Of a stretch of 64,000 bases of DNA, positions 48,593 through 58,621 are shown one piece after another. Positions within the stretch are counted from its first letter, which is position 1. Each line of letters starts with the position of its first letter. A model generated the notes under the pieces. It was not told where the DNA came from, searched no databases, and was given only the letters and a program-made list of their open reading frames with translations. The stretch is taken from the IMG/VR virus record IMGVR_UViG_3300027229_000184. One strand, 5' to 3'. Both the position numbers and the translations under genes were made by a program. Origin of the DNA: an uncultured virus (IMG/VR IMGVR_UViG_3300027229_000184). Lineage: Duplodnaviria; Heunggongvirae; Uroviricota; Caudoviricetes.

Positions 48593-48997
48593 ATGCAGCT
48601 ACTTACTTCACAGTTAATTAAAAAGGGTGACCTTGGGTTTCACGGCAATTTGTTTGGTGGAATTCTAATGGCGTGGATCGATACCGCGGCCGCTGCTTAT
48701 GCAATGGAAGTGTGTCGAAATCGTCGAATGGTTACCATCTGCATCGATGAGTGTGTGTTCAAGAAACCAGCCAAAGAGGGTTCAATGTTGAAAATCTACG
48801 GTAAGGTTATGAATATCGGTTCAACCTCAATCAAAATGATGTTAGAAGCTAGAGCGTATAACGTTTACACTCAAGACGAAGACATTATTCTATCAACATC
48901 AATTACATTCGTTCGAATCGACGAAGACGGTAACCCAATTCCAATCGCTGAAAAAGTTAAACAGCGATGGTTGGATGGAGAATTTGAAACAAAATAA
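48593..48997 (+). CDS. Acyl-CoA thioesterase (hotdog fold)
   Basis: HGNLFGG.LMAWID, VT, G.TS, FVRIDE.G.P. Confidence 0.9.
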   Translation: MQLLTSQLIKKGDLGFHGNLFGGILMAWIDTAAAAYAMEVCRNRRMVTICIDECVFKKPAKEGSMLKIYGKVMNIGSTSIKMMLEARAYNVYTQDEDIILSTSITFVRIDEDGNPIPIAEKVKQRWLDGEFETK

Positions 48998-49036
48998 AAT
49001 CGGGCTATATAATCTATAATCTTTAAAATAGAGAGC

Positions 49037-49255
49037 ATGCAACTTACACTTGAACGTCTTAATGGTGAATATCTTTCATGGGCTGTTGAATTCGGTGAGG
49101 GTAGAAACAACAATGACATTCGATTCGGTCAAATGATTCATAACAAGTATGATCTACCCGGTAAGGTTGACGTATTCTATATTGAAGGAACTGAAAGAGC
49201 TTATACAAGTCTTCTAGCTTACGTTGAAGAAGACAAAATTCAGAACACATTATGA
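49037..49255 (+). CDS. Hypothetical protein
   Basis: RFGQ motif ORF after promoter. Confidence 0.65.
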   Translation: MQLTLERLNGEYLSWAVEFGEGRNNNDIRFGQMIHNKYDLPGKVDVFYIEGTERAYTSLLAYVEEDKIQNTL

Positions 49256-50187
49256 GAGATCAATACGCATTACAAACAAATCAAAAACAAATGGGATATA
49301 CCAAAACACCAGTAGGTATCATTGGCCAAGGCTTTGTTGGCACGGCCGTTCGAGTTGGATTAGATAATGAATTCAATGTCATGACATACGATAAGTATGA
49401 GACAAATAAAACAACTCACCAACCTGCTGAAATTCTTCGCAAGTGTGAGGTTGTATTTGTTTGCGTTCCAACTCCGATGGATCTTGAAACCGGTGAATGT
49501 CACACTGGAATCGTTGAATCAGTGGTTGCAGAACTAGATGCGCTTGCAACTCTTCTCCATGATGCAGGTGAATTGAACCACCCAATCACTTTAGTGGTAA
49601 AATCAACCGTACCTCCGGGTACAACAAAATTCTTGAACGATCATCGTTCAGAGTACGTTAACGTAACATTTAATCCTGAGTTCTTGACTGAAGCTAACGC
49701 TATTCAAGATTTTATGAATCAGGATCGAATCATCCTTGGTGGCGAGCCGGCAGCCCTCGAACCAGTGGTTGACGTATTTCAAACAGCATTTCCAGGCGTG
49801 CCAATTCAAACGACCGATTCAACTACAGCTGAAATGGTCAAATACACCACCAACACCTTTCTATCGGTCAAGGTCAGTTTTGCAAACGAGATCTATGATC
49901 TATGTAAAGCCAGTCACGTTGACTACAGTAAAATGATTGAACTAGCTAAACTTGACAAGCGTCTTGGAGGTTCACATTGGATGGTTCCAGGTCCTGACGG
50001 TGACCGTGGCTTCGGAGGCCATTGTTTCCCTAAGGACCTTACCGCCCTTCGATATGTAGCATCACAATTTGAAGTTCAAACGCCTGTTCTTGACGGTGCA
50101 AATGAAACAAACAACCGAGTTCGTGCTAATAGAGACTGGGAAGAGCAAGAAGGTCGTGCGGTGATAAATAAATTACAAGTTAAATGA
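49252..50187 (+). CDS. ugd: UDP-glucose/GDP-mannose dehydrogenase
   Basis: GQGFVG, CVPTP, KSTVPPG, NPEFL, GFGGHCFPKD. Confidence 0.92.
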   Translation: MRDQYALQTNQKQMGYTKTPVGIIGQGFVGTAVRVGLDNEFNVMTYDKYETNKTTHQPAEILRKCEVVFVCVPTPMDLETGECHTGIVESVVAELDALATLLHDAGELNHPITLVVKSTVPPGTTKFLNDHRSEYVNVTFNPEFLTEANAIQDFMNQDRIILGGEPAALEPVVDVFQTAFPGVPIQTTDSTTAEMVKYTTNTFLSVKVSFANEIYDLCKASHVDYSKMIELAKLDKRLGGSHWMVPGPDGDRGFGGHCFPKDLTALRYVASQFEVQTPVLDGANETNNRVRANRDWEEQEGRAVINKLQVK

Positions 50188-50381
50188 AAAAGTTACTAAG
50201 GAATCCAGAAAAAGGCAGCATCGCAGGTGTTTGTCAAGGTCTTGGATTTTATTTTAATACAGATCCAATCCTAGTAAGAGCAGCGTTTGTTCTTTCAGGA
50301 TTACTATTCCCTCCGGGAGCAATCATAACTTACGTTGCTCTTTGGGTCTTAACACCAAAGTTTTCAACTAAAAGAAAATGA
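50184..50381 (+). CDS. PspC domain protein
   Basis: IAGVCQGLG.YF..DP.LVR...Y..LW..P. Confidence 0.88.
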   Translation: MKKLLRNPEKGSIAGVCQGLGFYFNTDPILVRAAFVLSGLLFPPGAIITYVALWVLTPKFSTKRK

Positions 50382-50836
50382 GAAATTTACTAGCATATTG
50401 GTCAGAGTTCTTTTCAGAGATAAAAATCTGGTGGAGATTCCGTAAAGCCGCTCAACAGAGCGAAAAGTTGCTTAATGATAACGGTATGCGGGTTGATTGG
50501 TTAGGGCGAATTTACACCATCGTTAACATGCCTGAAGAGGTTCAAACTAACATGGAAGTCGTTCAACAGGGTTGGGTCATTGGTCAATTAAAACCAATGA
50601 ATACCGTTCTATTCCAAATCGGTATTGCTGATTACGCATACCCTTCAATTTCAAAGGTTCCTGATTCAGCTTCATTCTTAGTTGTGATGTGGCCCGAATT
50701 AGACAATCTAAATATTTGGAAATTCTTATGGCAGTCCATGGTTACTTCTTTAATCGTAACCTCGATTTATTGGGCCATACAAGGACTTATCTGGTTAGAT
50801 ATTCCTACAATTGTAAATAATTTGAAGGGTGCATAG
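50378..50836 (+). CDS. Hypothetical membrane protein
   Basis: ORF with C-terminal TM. Confidence 0.65.
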   Translation: MRNLLAYWSEFFSEIKIWWRFRKAAQQSEKLLNDNGMRVDWLGRIYTIVNMPEEVQTNMEVVQQGWVIGQLKPMNTVLFQIGIADYAYPSISKVPDSASFLVVMWPELDNLNIWKFLWQSMVTSLIVTSIYWAIQGLIWLDIPTIVNNLKGA

Positions 50837-51572
50837 TATTCGACGCAAACAGGTCAATGGCCGTAGATATTACGAAGTAAAGGAGAATGAGACTGGTAAA
50901 ATCATCGGTCTCTTTCCTTCTATCACCACCGTTCTTGGTGAAACTTCAGATAAGTCAGGTCTTGATGAATGGAGAAAGAGAGTTGGAGAAGAAGAGGCCA
51001 ACCGTATCTCGTCACTGTCGTTAGGTCGAGGTAACATCTTACATCGATTACTTGAGTTATATAAGCCCTTAGAAGGGGAGCCTGAGGAGCGTCTAGAACT
51101 CTTGAAGGCACTAATGCATAAGGACAAAGAGATCAAGAAACACATTGATTACGTTCAAGATGGTTGGGATTTCTTTATGAAGTTCTGGCATAATCATTCT
51201 CGATACTTTGATCGAGTAAAACGAGTGATTGAGGCTGAAACCTTTCTTTGGTCTGCAAAGGGCGGAGGTTATGCTGGAACCACTGATAACGTCTCTGAAA
51301 TGATTGATGGTAAAATCCTGATCATTGATTATAAGAACTCTCGCAAACCTAAGAGAGATGAATGGATTCAAGATTACTTTATGCAGGCTGCAGCGTATTG
51401 GGTTGCATATTGGGAGCGAAGCGGCGTAAAACCTGATGGAGCTGAAATTTGGATCGCTAACGAGATTGACAATATGCCTCAAACGTTCACTCTAACGAAT
51501 GAAGACATTAAGTATTACTTTACCCTTTTCACTGAAAGGTTGAAGGCTTATAAAGAAACAGTGAATATATAA
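50829..51572 (+). CDS. PD-(D/E)XK exonuclease (phage Cas4/RecB-like)
   Basis: PSITTVL, RG..LH, YAGTTD, IIDYKNS, Q.AAY. Confidence 0.88.
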   Translation: MHSIRRKQVNGRRYYEVKENETGKIIGLFPSITTVLGETSDKSGLDEWRKRVGEEEANRISSLSLGRGNILHRLLELYKPLEGEPEERLELLKALMHKDKEIKKHIDYVQDGWDFFMKFWHNHSRYFDRVKRVIEAETFLWSAKGGGYAGTTDNVSEMIDGKILIIDYKNSRKPKRDEWIQDYFMQAAAYWVAYWERSGVKPDGAEIWIANEIDNMPQTFTLTNEDIKYYFTLFTERLKAYKETVNI

Positions 51573-51600
51573 TCAAGTGTAAATTAAAAACATCACTATT

Positions 51601-51891
51601 ATGGATAAATTAAATCAATTCCTAGCCAAGCATGGCACTAAAGTAATCATTGCACTATTGCTTTTGACTTACATGAAATCATGCAGCGTAGACTCTGAAC
51701 TTACTCTTGTTAAAAAGGAGTTTAGAGCTCAAAAAGAAATCATTGACGCACTTCCAACTCGAAATGACGTTCAAATCGAAGCCCTAAAAGCTGAGAAGAG
51801 AATGATTCAAGCGACTGATCGTAAGATGTTGGACGTTCAACGTCAAAATGCGATTGAAAAGGAAATCATCTCCCTTCAGGAGCAAAAGTAA
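51601..51891 (+). CDS. Hypothetical membrane/lipoprotein
   Basis: Hydrophobic N-terminus ending KSC. Confidence 0.65.
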   Translation: MDKLNQFLAKHGTKVIIALLLLTYMKSCSVDSELTLVKKEFRAQKEIIDALPTRNDVQIEALKAEKRMIQATDRKMLDVQRQNAIEKEIISLQEQK

Positions 51892-51920
51892 TTCAATCGT
51901 TCAAATTATAGCGAATACTT

Positions 51921-52766
51921 ATGAACGAAAAATTAGTAAGTAGATTTGTAATCAGTACGTTTGTGGTTCTATATGCAATCGTATCTATTATCTCTACTAT
52001 TCACGTAATTGACTTCTTCGAACTGTCAAATCCTTACTGGTTAGCAGTTTCTTTGGCGATTGCGTTCGAGTTTGGTGCAGCAGCTTCTTTAGCTTCGTTA
52101 GTGGCACTGGATAAAATGAATAAGACCATCGTGTGGTTACTATTCTTTGCGATCACTGCAATGCAGATGCAAGGTAACATGTATTATGCATTTACTAATC
52201 TACATGATTATCAATCTTGGATTGAACTTTTCAATCTAGTTGAATGGGAGCCTTTAGCTCAAAAGAGAGTGCTTGCCTTTGTTTCGGGAGCAATCCTACC
52301 TCTTGTAGCGCTTGGTTTCATTAAATCTCTAGTTGATTACATCAAACCTGCAGAAACCCAAGTCACTCTAGTTGAAGATAAAATTGAAGCTGAAGTTTTT
52401 AATCAAGAGATTGAAGATTATGAATCAATGAGATCTGAAGAAGTTGAATCTAAAGATTGGACTGAAGATCTTCCTGAAGAGGTAATCGATGAAATTTTAG
52501 CTGGTGAAGTATTCACAGTCGATAATGAAGATGAGGGTGAAGACGTATTCGACGCTCCAGTCGAAGAACCTGTAAAAAAGGAAGAGATTGATTCAGCGTA
52601 TGAAGCTGGTCGTAAAATGTTTGCAGAAAGCATTTCTTCTTTGAATAAAGGACTTAAAAGTAAAGAAGTAGAACCACAACCACAACCCGGTTTAATCAAT
52701 CGTAGAGAAGAATCTCAACGAGTTATTAAGAGAGGTGGACCAGGTGCAATGGGTGCAATTGATTAA
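51921..52766 (+). CDS. Multi-TM protein with acidic C-terminus
   Basis: Four TM segments. Confidence 0.7.
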   Translation: MNEKLVSRFVISTFVVLYAIVSIISTIHVIDFFELSNPYWLAVSLAIAFEFGAAASLASLVALDKMNKTIVWLLFFAITAMQMQGNMYYAFTNLHDYQSWIELFNLVEWEPLAQKRVLAFVSGAILPLVALGFIKSLVDYIKPAETQVTLVEDKIEAEVFNQEIEDYESMRSEEVESKDWTEDLPEEVIDEILAGEVFTVDNEDEGEDVFDAPVEEPVKKEEIDSAYEAGRKMFAESISSLNKGLKSKEVEPQPQPGLINRREESQRVIKRGGPGAMGAID

Positions 52767-52776
52767 GTTCTAGTTA

Positions 52777-53211
52777 ATGCTTTTAGAGTTTCAGAACAAT
52801 CACATTCCAGACAAGCTTTACTTAACTAAAAAGTTGGAGCCTAAGACCGTTCAAAAGGTTTTGGGCTCCAACGTTTTTACGGTCGATCGATTGTATCAAA
52901 TAGCAAACGATCAATTGACCAAGATCGATATTGTGGATCAAAGAGCAGACGGTATTCTATATCGAATTTACGTTCGTATGCAACATGCGTACGCTGGAGA
53001 AGCCAGAATTCAAGTTGGTAACATCAAGCCCTGGAAATCTCTGTTAAGAAAGAAACCCTATTGGACTCTAAGGGCTATCGTCGAAACACAGGATCATAAC
53101 GTGATCTATACCTTCGAGCACAAATACACTAACATCAATCATTTACACCGTGACATCATGGATCAGTATGAACATCTTCATGCGTTCATCATCCGATTGA
53201 AACAAAATTAA
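52777..53211 (+). CDS. Hypothetical protein
   Basis: ORF. Confidence 0.65.
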   Translation: MLLEFQNNHIPDKLYLTKKLEPKTVQKVLGSNVFTVDRLYQIANDQLTKIDIVDQRADGILYRIYVRMQHAYAGEARIQVGNIKPWKSLLRKKPYWTLRAIVETQDHNVIYTFEHKYTNINHLHRDIMDQYEHLHAFIIRLKQN

Positions 53212-53249
53212 AGAAAGTTATATAATCTATACATTTAATCAATTTAATT

Positions 53250-53477
53250 ATGTCACAAGAAACAACAACTCAAGAAAACTTGAATCAAGCTAATGAAGAG
53301 CAATTGAAAGCTCAATTCGCTCCAGTGTTTGAAGAAGCAAAGAACATCGATGCTGATTCAGCTCTAAACATTTTGATTCAGGCTGCGATGGCAGCACAAC
53401 AGACTGGCGCTCTAAGCGTTCGTGATTCTGTTCTGCTTGCTTCTGCAATCAGCGTAGTTCGTCCAGGTACCATCTAA
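53250..53477 (+). CDS. Hypothetical protein
   Basis: ORF after promoter 53199-53225. Confidence 0.7.
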   Translation: MSQETTTQENLNQANEEQLKAQFAPVFEEAKNIDADSALNILIQAAMAAQQTGALSVRDSVLLASAISVVRPGTI

Positions 53478-53490
53478 TAAAAATTAGAGG

Positions 53491-56400
53491 ATGCAAGTAG
53501 CGTTATGGATTGATACTCCTGCGCTGGGCGATACAATTGCAGCTATTCCAACGCTTCGTAAACTGTCACAGGTCTATAATCAGCCTGTGACAGTTTTTAC
53601 GAGCTTACCTTCAATCTTTGAAGGACATCCTTGCGTTAAGGAAGCGTTTCACTCAGATGCGGACAAATCAGATTACAAAGTTTATCGTACTTTTGCGCCT
53701 TTAGTTGGTGCAACTTATGACTTGAAAGGCGAGAAGGTTGAGTTTCGTCACTCAAACTCTGAAATTCGTCAGTTTCACGCAATGAGTTTAGGTTTCAATC
53801 TCACACCTGATGAGATGGAAACGGACTTGTACATTGAAGAGGAACTTGAATTACCTGTAAAAGATTACGTCATCATTCACCCTACTCACACTTGGGCCAC
53901 TAGAACCTGGGATCAGGCTAATTGGCAAGAGTTAGTGGACAGGTTGAATGATCGTGGTATTCCAGTGGTTGCCATTGGTCATGATTCAAAGGAAGTTGGG
54001 TTCTATAGCGTACAAAAGCCTGTAATGGACATTAACATCAAACATGGTGTTAATTTGCTAAACAATCCTATTACTACAATTCCAGCTTTACGTTGGATGA
54101 TGAATCACCGAGCTAAAGCAGTGGTAACAATGGATTCTGGCATTCTTCACATTGCTGGAACCACGGATGTTGAAATCATTCAACTAGGATCTTCAATCGA
54201 TCCAAAGCTAAGAGCACCTTATCGAAAGGGCTCACAAGATTACAAATACAAATACATTGCCGGTGGTTGTGGACTATTTTGTAGTTCAAACATGGCTTAT
54301 AATGTCAGAGTTCATGGCAGCCTCCACGGTGTACCTCCACAGATTCACTGTTTGGAAAATAAGCCAACTATGGAATGTCACCCAGGAGTGAATCCAGTGT
54401 TCGAGGCAGTATGTCAAAGATACGATGTTAGACCAAAGATCAGATTGGTTCATTTGCTTTTAAAGGATGATCATTCGCCTGAACGTCAACAAAGATCAAT
54501 CGATAGTATTTCTCAACTTGCAGATCGAGGTATTGAATACATTCAAATTTGGAATGAACGCTGGAAGGACGCTCCTCCTCGTGAAACCTTTGAGTACCCT
54601 GATCAGTTTGACAAGGTTCCCATCGGTCCAGGTCATTATGGCAATTATCGTGCATTCGTTGATTCTGGTTTAGAACATTTCACAGAAGACATAGATGCTT
54701 TAATCTTTGCCGAAGGAGATTCTTTCTTGACCAAACCAATCGACGAGGTCGTGGAAGATATTAATCGTGCTTATGAAGCTTGTGAATTACATAACATTTC
54801 ATATTTTTCATTCGGTTCACGCTATTCTCTGCATGATTTTAACGATCTAATTTCATCTACACGATATAAGATTGGAGATATTCACGTGGTAAATAAAGTT
54901 ATCGGAGCACAATTGGTAATGTTACACAATAGAGTTCAATACTATTGTTCAGACAGGTTTATTCATCAAAAGTGGACTGCAGCTGACATTTATCTAAACA
55001 ACATCATGATGGGCAAGTTCAACATTGGTATTTTTGACCAACCTGTTGCACTGCAAGCCGACGGTTTTTCTGCTATTGATTCTTATAACAAGATTCACGC
55101 CGATGAAAGATCTCGTAACTCTAAGAAAAGAATTCTATTCTTGGCCCCTCACCTTTCAACGGGTGGCATGCCAGAATTCCTATTGGGTCGACTAAAGGCC
55201 CTGATTGACGAGCCTTCTGTTGAGCTTCATGTCGTCGAGTTCACATGTTACGCTACAACATACGTTGTTCAAAGGGACCAGATTCGCCAAATGTTAGGTG
55301 ATAGATTCCATGAAATTGGTCACCTAGGTTCAATGGAAGATTCAGAACGTGAAGAGCGTCTAAAGCAAATCATTAGTCAGATTCAACCTGACGTTATTCA
55401 CATCGAGGAAAGTCCAGAGGCCTTTGATGGTTTCAACAAAATGTCAGAAGAGTGCCAATCATGGATCTACCAGTCATCGCATCCTTGGAGGATTGTGGAA
55501 ACTTGTCACAACATTTGGTTCAATCCGAGAGAAAACAAACGCATCTCTCCTGATGCCTATTTGTTTGTCACTCCTCACCACACGCTTGAGACATTCTCCG
55601 AGGAACCATCCGAGAAGTTTGAAGCCTTCTATCCAATCATTCCTCAGACTAAGTCCGAGTTGCAAAGGAGAAAATCTTTGGAAATTTTAGAATTGGAGCA
55701 TTTATCCGATGCAAAACATCTAATCAATATCGGTCTCTGGACCCAAGGCAAAAACCAAGGAGAAGCCGTTGAATGGGCCCGCACCCTGGAACAGCAATAC
55801 CCCGGTCAATACCAGTTCCACTTCATAGGCAACCAGGCTGAAAACTTCGAAAGCTACTGGGGCCCCATCATGCAGGACTTGCCTCCGAACGTCCACATCC
55901 ACGGCGAGCGTAACGACATCAACACATTCTACCAACTGGCAGATGGAGTGGTCTTTAACTCTACCTGGGAGTGTAACCCCTTGGCCCTTCGTCAGGCCCT
56001 AGGCTACCCAATCCCAGTGATGGCTCGTAACCTGCCGCAGTACCACTCAATGTATACAGGGCAGCTCACAGAAATCCAAGGAGACACCACCGATCCCCTC
56101 CGATTGGTTGAAGCCTTAAAATCTCCAATTCATAGAAAACAAAACGACCAAGCCATGGCTAAATTCAAGCAAGAACACTTACAAGCTTACATGAAAACCC
56201 TTAAAGGCCCAGTGATCAGAACCGCTCAAATCAGAGATGGGTACACAATCCAGTGGAACAACGGCCCAACTGTCCGATCAAAGGCCGGCCGCCCACTTGA
56301 TGTAGAATTTTGGGCTGATGGTGAATTGGTATACAAAAGTACCTTACAAGCTGAGGGCTATTGGTGCAGGCCGGCCGACGAATGGTTCCGAGATTGGACC

Positions 56401-57348
56401 GTTAAGATTGACGGCAAGGAGCACAAGATGGAACTCGAAGACAAAGTGGCTCACATTCAATTTAATTCAGGTTCTCTAGGAGACACTCTAAGTTGGGTTG
56501 AAGCAGCGGTTGAATTTAAGTTCAAACATGGCCTTAGCAAGTTGTACCTTAGTACCCACAAGAACTGGCTGTTTGACCAGGACCACTACCACCTACGAGG
56601 TGTCGAGTTTATCGCTCCAGGCGATTCACCCGAAGACACGTACGCTCGATGGGAGGTTGGAGTTTACATGGAAGATCCTCCAGGAACTCCATGGTTCCCT
56701 AATAGGAATAAAAGAGATTGGCGTAAGATCTACTTAGGTGACATCGCAACTGATCACTTGGGCCTACCATCGATTAGAAAAGCTCCTAAACTACAATACA
56801 CTAGCAAGCACCAACAAGATCGGCCCTACATTTGTATCGCTACACAATCGACCGCACAAGCCAAATACTGGAACAATCCTACCGGTTGGCAAGACCTGAT
56901 TGACCACTATACGGCTAAAGGTTACGATGTGTATCATGTATCTAAAGAGGGTAACAACGATTTGAAAGGTTTCATTCAAGGACCTGAAGACATGGGCGAA
57001 ACTTTTGCCCTCATCAATGGTGCTGAAGTGTTCTACGGAATTTCTTCTGGCCTATCTTGGTTGGCATGGTGTACTGAAACCCCAGTAGTGATGATCTCTG
57101 GCTTCACACCTGAGGAGTGCGAGTTCATGGACGATAAGACCCTTCGTATCATTAACAAAGATGTGTGTAACTCTTGCTGGGCTTGGGACCACTTTAACCG
57201 TGGAGACTGGAACTGGTGTCCAACTGGTAAGGGCAATGAACGCCACTTTGAGTGTACAAAAACCATTTCTGCATCGTCAGTAATTGAACAAGTTAACAAT
57301 TGGAATTATGGAAAAAGTATCGTTACAGAAGAAAGTACACACATCTGA
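53491..57348 (+). CDS. Multidomain glycosyltransferase: GT9-like + GT-A-like + GT4 + autotransporter O-heptosyltransferase (AAH/TibC-like)
   Basis: ALGDTIA..P...DSGILHIA; HLSTGGMP; SLGDTLSW, STAQAKYWN, SSGLSWLAW, ISGF, CNSCW...WCP...FEC. Confidence 0.85.
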   Translation: MQVALWIDTPALGDTIAAIPTLRKLSQVYNQPVTVFTSLPSIFEGHPCVKEAFHSDADKSDYKVYRTFAPLVGATYDLKGEKVEFRHSNSEIRQFHAMSLGFNLTPDEMETDLYIEEELELPVKDYVIIHPTHTWATRTWDQANWQELVDRLNDRGIPVVAIGHDSKEVGFYSVQKPVMDINIKHGVNLLNNPITTIPALRWMMNHRAKAVVTMDSGILHIAGTTDVEIIQLGSSIDPKLRAPYRKGSQDYKYKYIAGGCGLFCSSNMAYNVRVHGSLHGVPPQIHCLENKPTMECHPGVNPVFEAVCQRYDVRPKIRLVHLLLKDDHSPERQQRSIDSISQLADRGIEYIQIWNERWKDAPPRETFEYPDQFDKVPIGPGHYGNYRAFVDSGLEHFTEDIDALIFAEGDSFLTKPIDEVVEDINRAYEACELHNISYFSFGSRYSLHDFNDLISSTRYKIGDIHVVNKVIGAQLVMLHNRVQYYCSDRFIHQKWTAADIYLNNIMMGKFNIGIFDQPVALQADGFSAIDSYNKIHADERSRNSKKRILFLAPHLSTGGMPEFLLGRLKALIDEPSVELHVVEFTCYATTYVVQRDQIRQMLGDRFHEIGHLGSMEDSEREERLKQIISQIQPDVIHIEESPEAFDGFNKMSEECQSWIYQSSHPWRIVETCHNIWFNPRENKRISPDAYLFVTPHHTLETFSEEPSEKFEAFYPIIPQTKSELQRRKSLEILELEHLSDAKHLINIGLWTQGKNQGEAVEWARTLEQQYPGQYQFHFIGNQAENFESYWGPIMQDLPPNVHIHGERNDINTFYQLADGVVFNSTWECNPLALRQALGYPIPVMARNLPQYHSMYTGQLTEIQGDTTDPLRLVEALKSPIHRKQNDQAMAKFKQEHLQAYMKTLKGPVIRTAQIRDGYTIQWNNGPTVRSKAGRPLDVEFWADGELVYKSTLQAEGYWCRPADEWFRDWTVKIDGKEHKMELEDKVAHIQFNSGSLGDTLSWVEAAVEFKFKHGLSKLYLSTHKNWLFDQDHYHLRGVEFIAPGDSPEDTYARWEVGVYMEDPPGTPWFPNRNKRDWRKIYLGDIATDHLGLPSIRKAPKLQYTSKHQQDRPYICIATQSTAQAKYWNNPTGWQDLIDHYTAKGYDVYHVSKEGNNDLKGFIQGPEDMGETFALINGAEVFYGISSGLSWLAWCTETPVVMISGFTPEECEFMDDKTLRIINKDVCNSCWAWDHFNRGDWNWCPTGKGNERHFECTKTISASSVIEQVNNWNYGKSIVTEESTHI

Positions 57349-57961
57349 TAGGGGTATTATACCTGAGATGCTGACCACTATTGGCGCCAAGAAAGGAGTT
57401 GAAATTGGAGTCTTTAAAGGTGAATGGAGTCGACACGTACTTCAGAGATGGAATGGTACACTATACATGATCGATCCTTGGAGACCCTTGGGAAAAGAGT
57501 ATGAGGATGCATCAAATCATGCAAATCACATGGATGCGTATGAAAGAACGATGGAATCGATTCGTGGATTTGAAGATCGTGCTTTTATGCTACGTGGACT
57601 TGGTGAACAATTGGTTGAAATCTTTGAAGATGAATCCTTAGATTACGTATACATTGATGGTAACCACACATACGATTACGTCAAACAGGACATGGAGTTG
57701 TGGTGGCCTAAATTGAAAAAGGGTGGCTTGTTCGCTGGACACGACTATCTTGACTTTGATTGGTCTTACAAACCTGAGCTTGATCATCCTAACATGAAAG
57801 ACAAGTACATGTGGACCAGTGATGGGACACCGGGTGCAGAATTGAAGTATGCAGGTGTTTTTGGAGTTAATCCAGCCGTCGATGAATTTTGTGAAACCAA
57901 CAACATTGAAGTCTTAAATCTAACTAACGAATGGGCCAAAAGCTGGTTCTTTATCAAATAA
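57308..57961 (+). CDS. Class I SAM methyltransferase (Methyltransf_24-like)
   Basis: GVEIGVFKG, LDYVYIDGNH.Y, GG...GHDY. Confidence 0.88.
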   Translation: MEKVSLQKKVHTSDRGIIPEMLTTIGAKKGVEIGVFKGEWSRHVLQRWNGTLYMIDPWRPLGKEYEDASNHANHMDAYERTMESIRGFEDRAFMLRGLGEQLVEIFEDESLDYVYIDGNHTYDYVKQDMELWWPKLKKGGLFAGHDYLDFDWSYKPELDHPNMKDKYMWTSDGTPGAELKYAGVFGVNPAVDEFCETNNIEVLNLTNEWAKSWFFIK

Positions 57962-57971
57962 AAACTAAATT

Positions 57972-58619
57972 ATGGAAACAACCTTTTATAACATTGAAGA
58001 ACAAAAGTTCTGGAATGACGAATCAATTTGGGTTAATGGAGGACATGAGTGGTCCGGGTCATTTGGCACCACTGAAAACCTATGGAATAAATACATCTTT
58101 GATGATTTGAAACCTTTTAGAGGCGCTAACATCACTGAAATTGCGCCTGGATTTGGTCGCATCACTCAATTTTTAGCTATTGTTGCGGGTAGATTGTCTG
58201 TCGTCGATATGAATCCGATATGCATTCAAAAGACCAAAGAAAAGCTAGGAGCTCATGTAGCAAGTTACGGAGTTGGAGATGGAAAAAGTCTAGTTGGAGT
58301 TGAAGATCTATCACAGGACTTGGTTTTTTCTTTTGATTCATTTGTTCACATGCACAAGAATGTAATTAATGAATACGTAAAAGAAATGCAACGTGTGTTG
58401 GTTCCTGGTGGTTACGGTTGGATTCATCACTCTAATCTAATGGGAGGATCTGAACTTTCATTTAATAACGTCGCGGGTAGATCTAATATGACTCCTGAAG
58501 AAATGAAAGATATGGTTGAAGCTCAAGGATTTAAAGTTATAAGTCAAAAGCCAATTCAATTCGCTCCAGTTGATCAGTGGAATGGAATTGATTTCATTAC
58601 CTTCTTTCAAAAGTTATAA
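57972..58619 (+). CDS. Class I SAM methyltransferase
   Basis: EIAPGFGR, DLVFSFDSFVH, RVLVPGG. Confidence 0.88.
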   Translation: METTFYNIEEQKFWNDESIWVNGGHEWSGSFGTTENLWNKYIFDDLKPFRGANITEIAPGFGRITQFLAIVAGRLSVVDMNPICIQKTKEKLGAHVASYGVGDGKSLVGVEDLSQDLVFSFDSFVHMHKNVINEYVKEMQRVLVPGGYGWIHHSNLMGGSELSFNNVAGRSNMTPEEMKDMVEAQGFKVISQKPIQFAPVDQWNGIDFITFFQKL

Positions 58620-58621
58620 TT

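Noticed and set aside
50829..51572. Cas4 as part of a CRISPR system
   Set aside because: No Fe-S cysteines, cas genes or array; ordinary phage exonuclease
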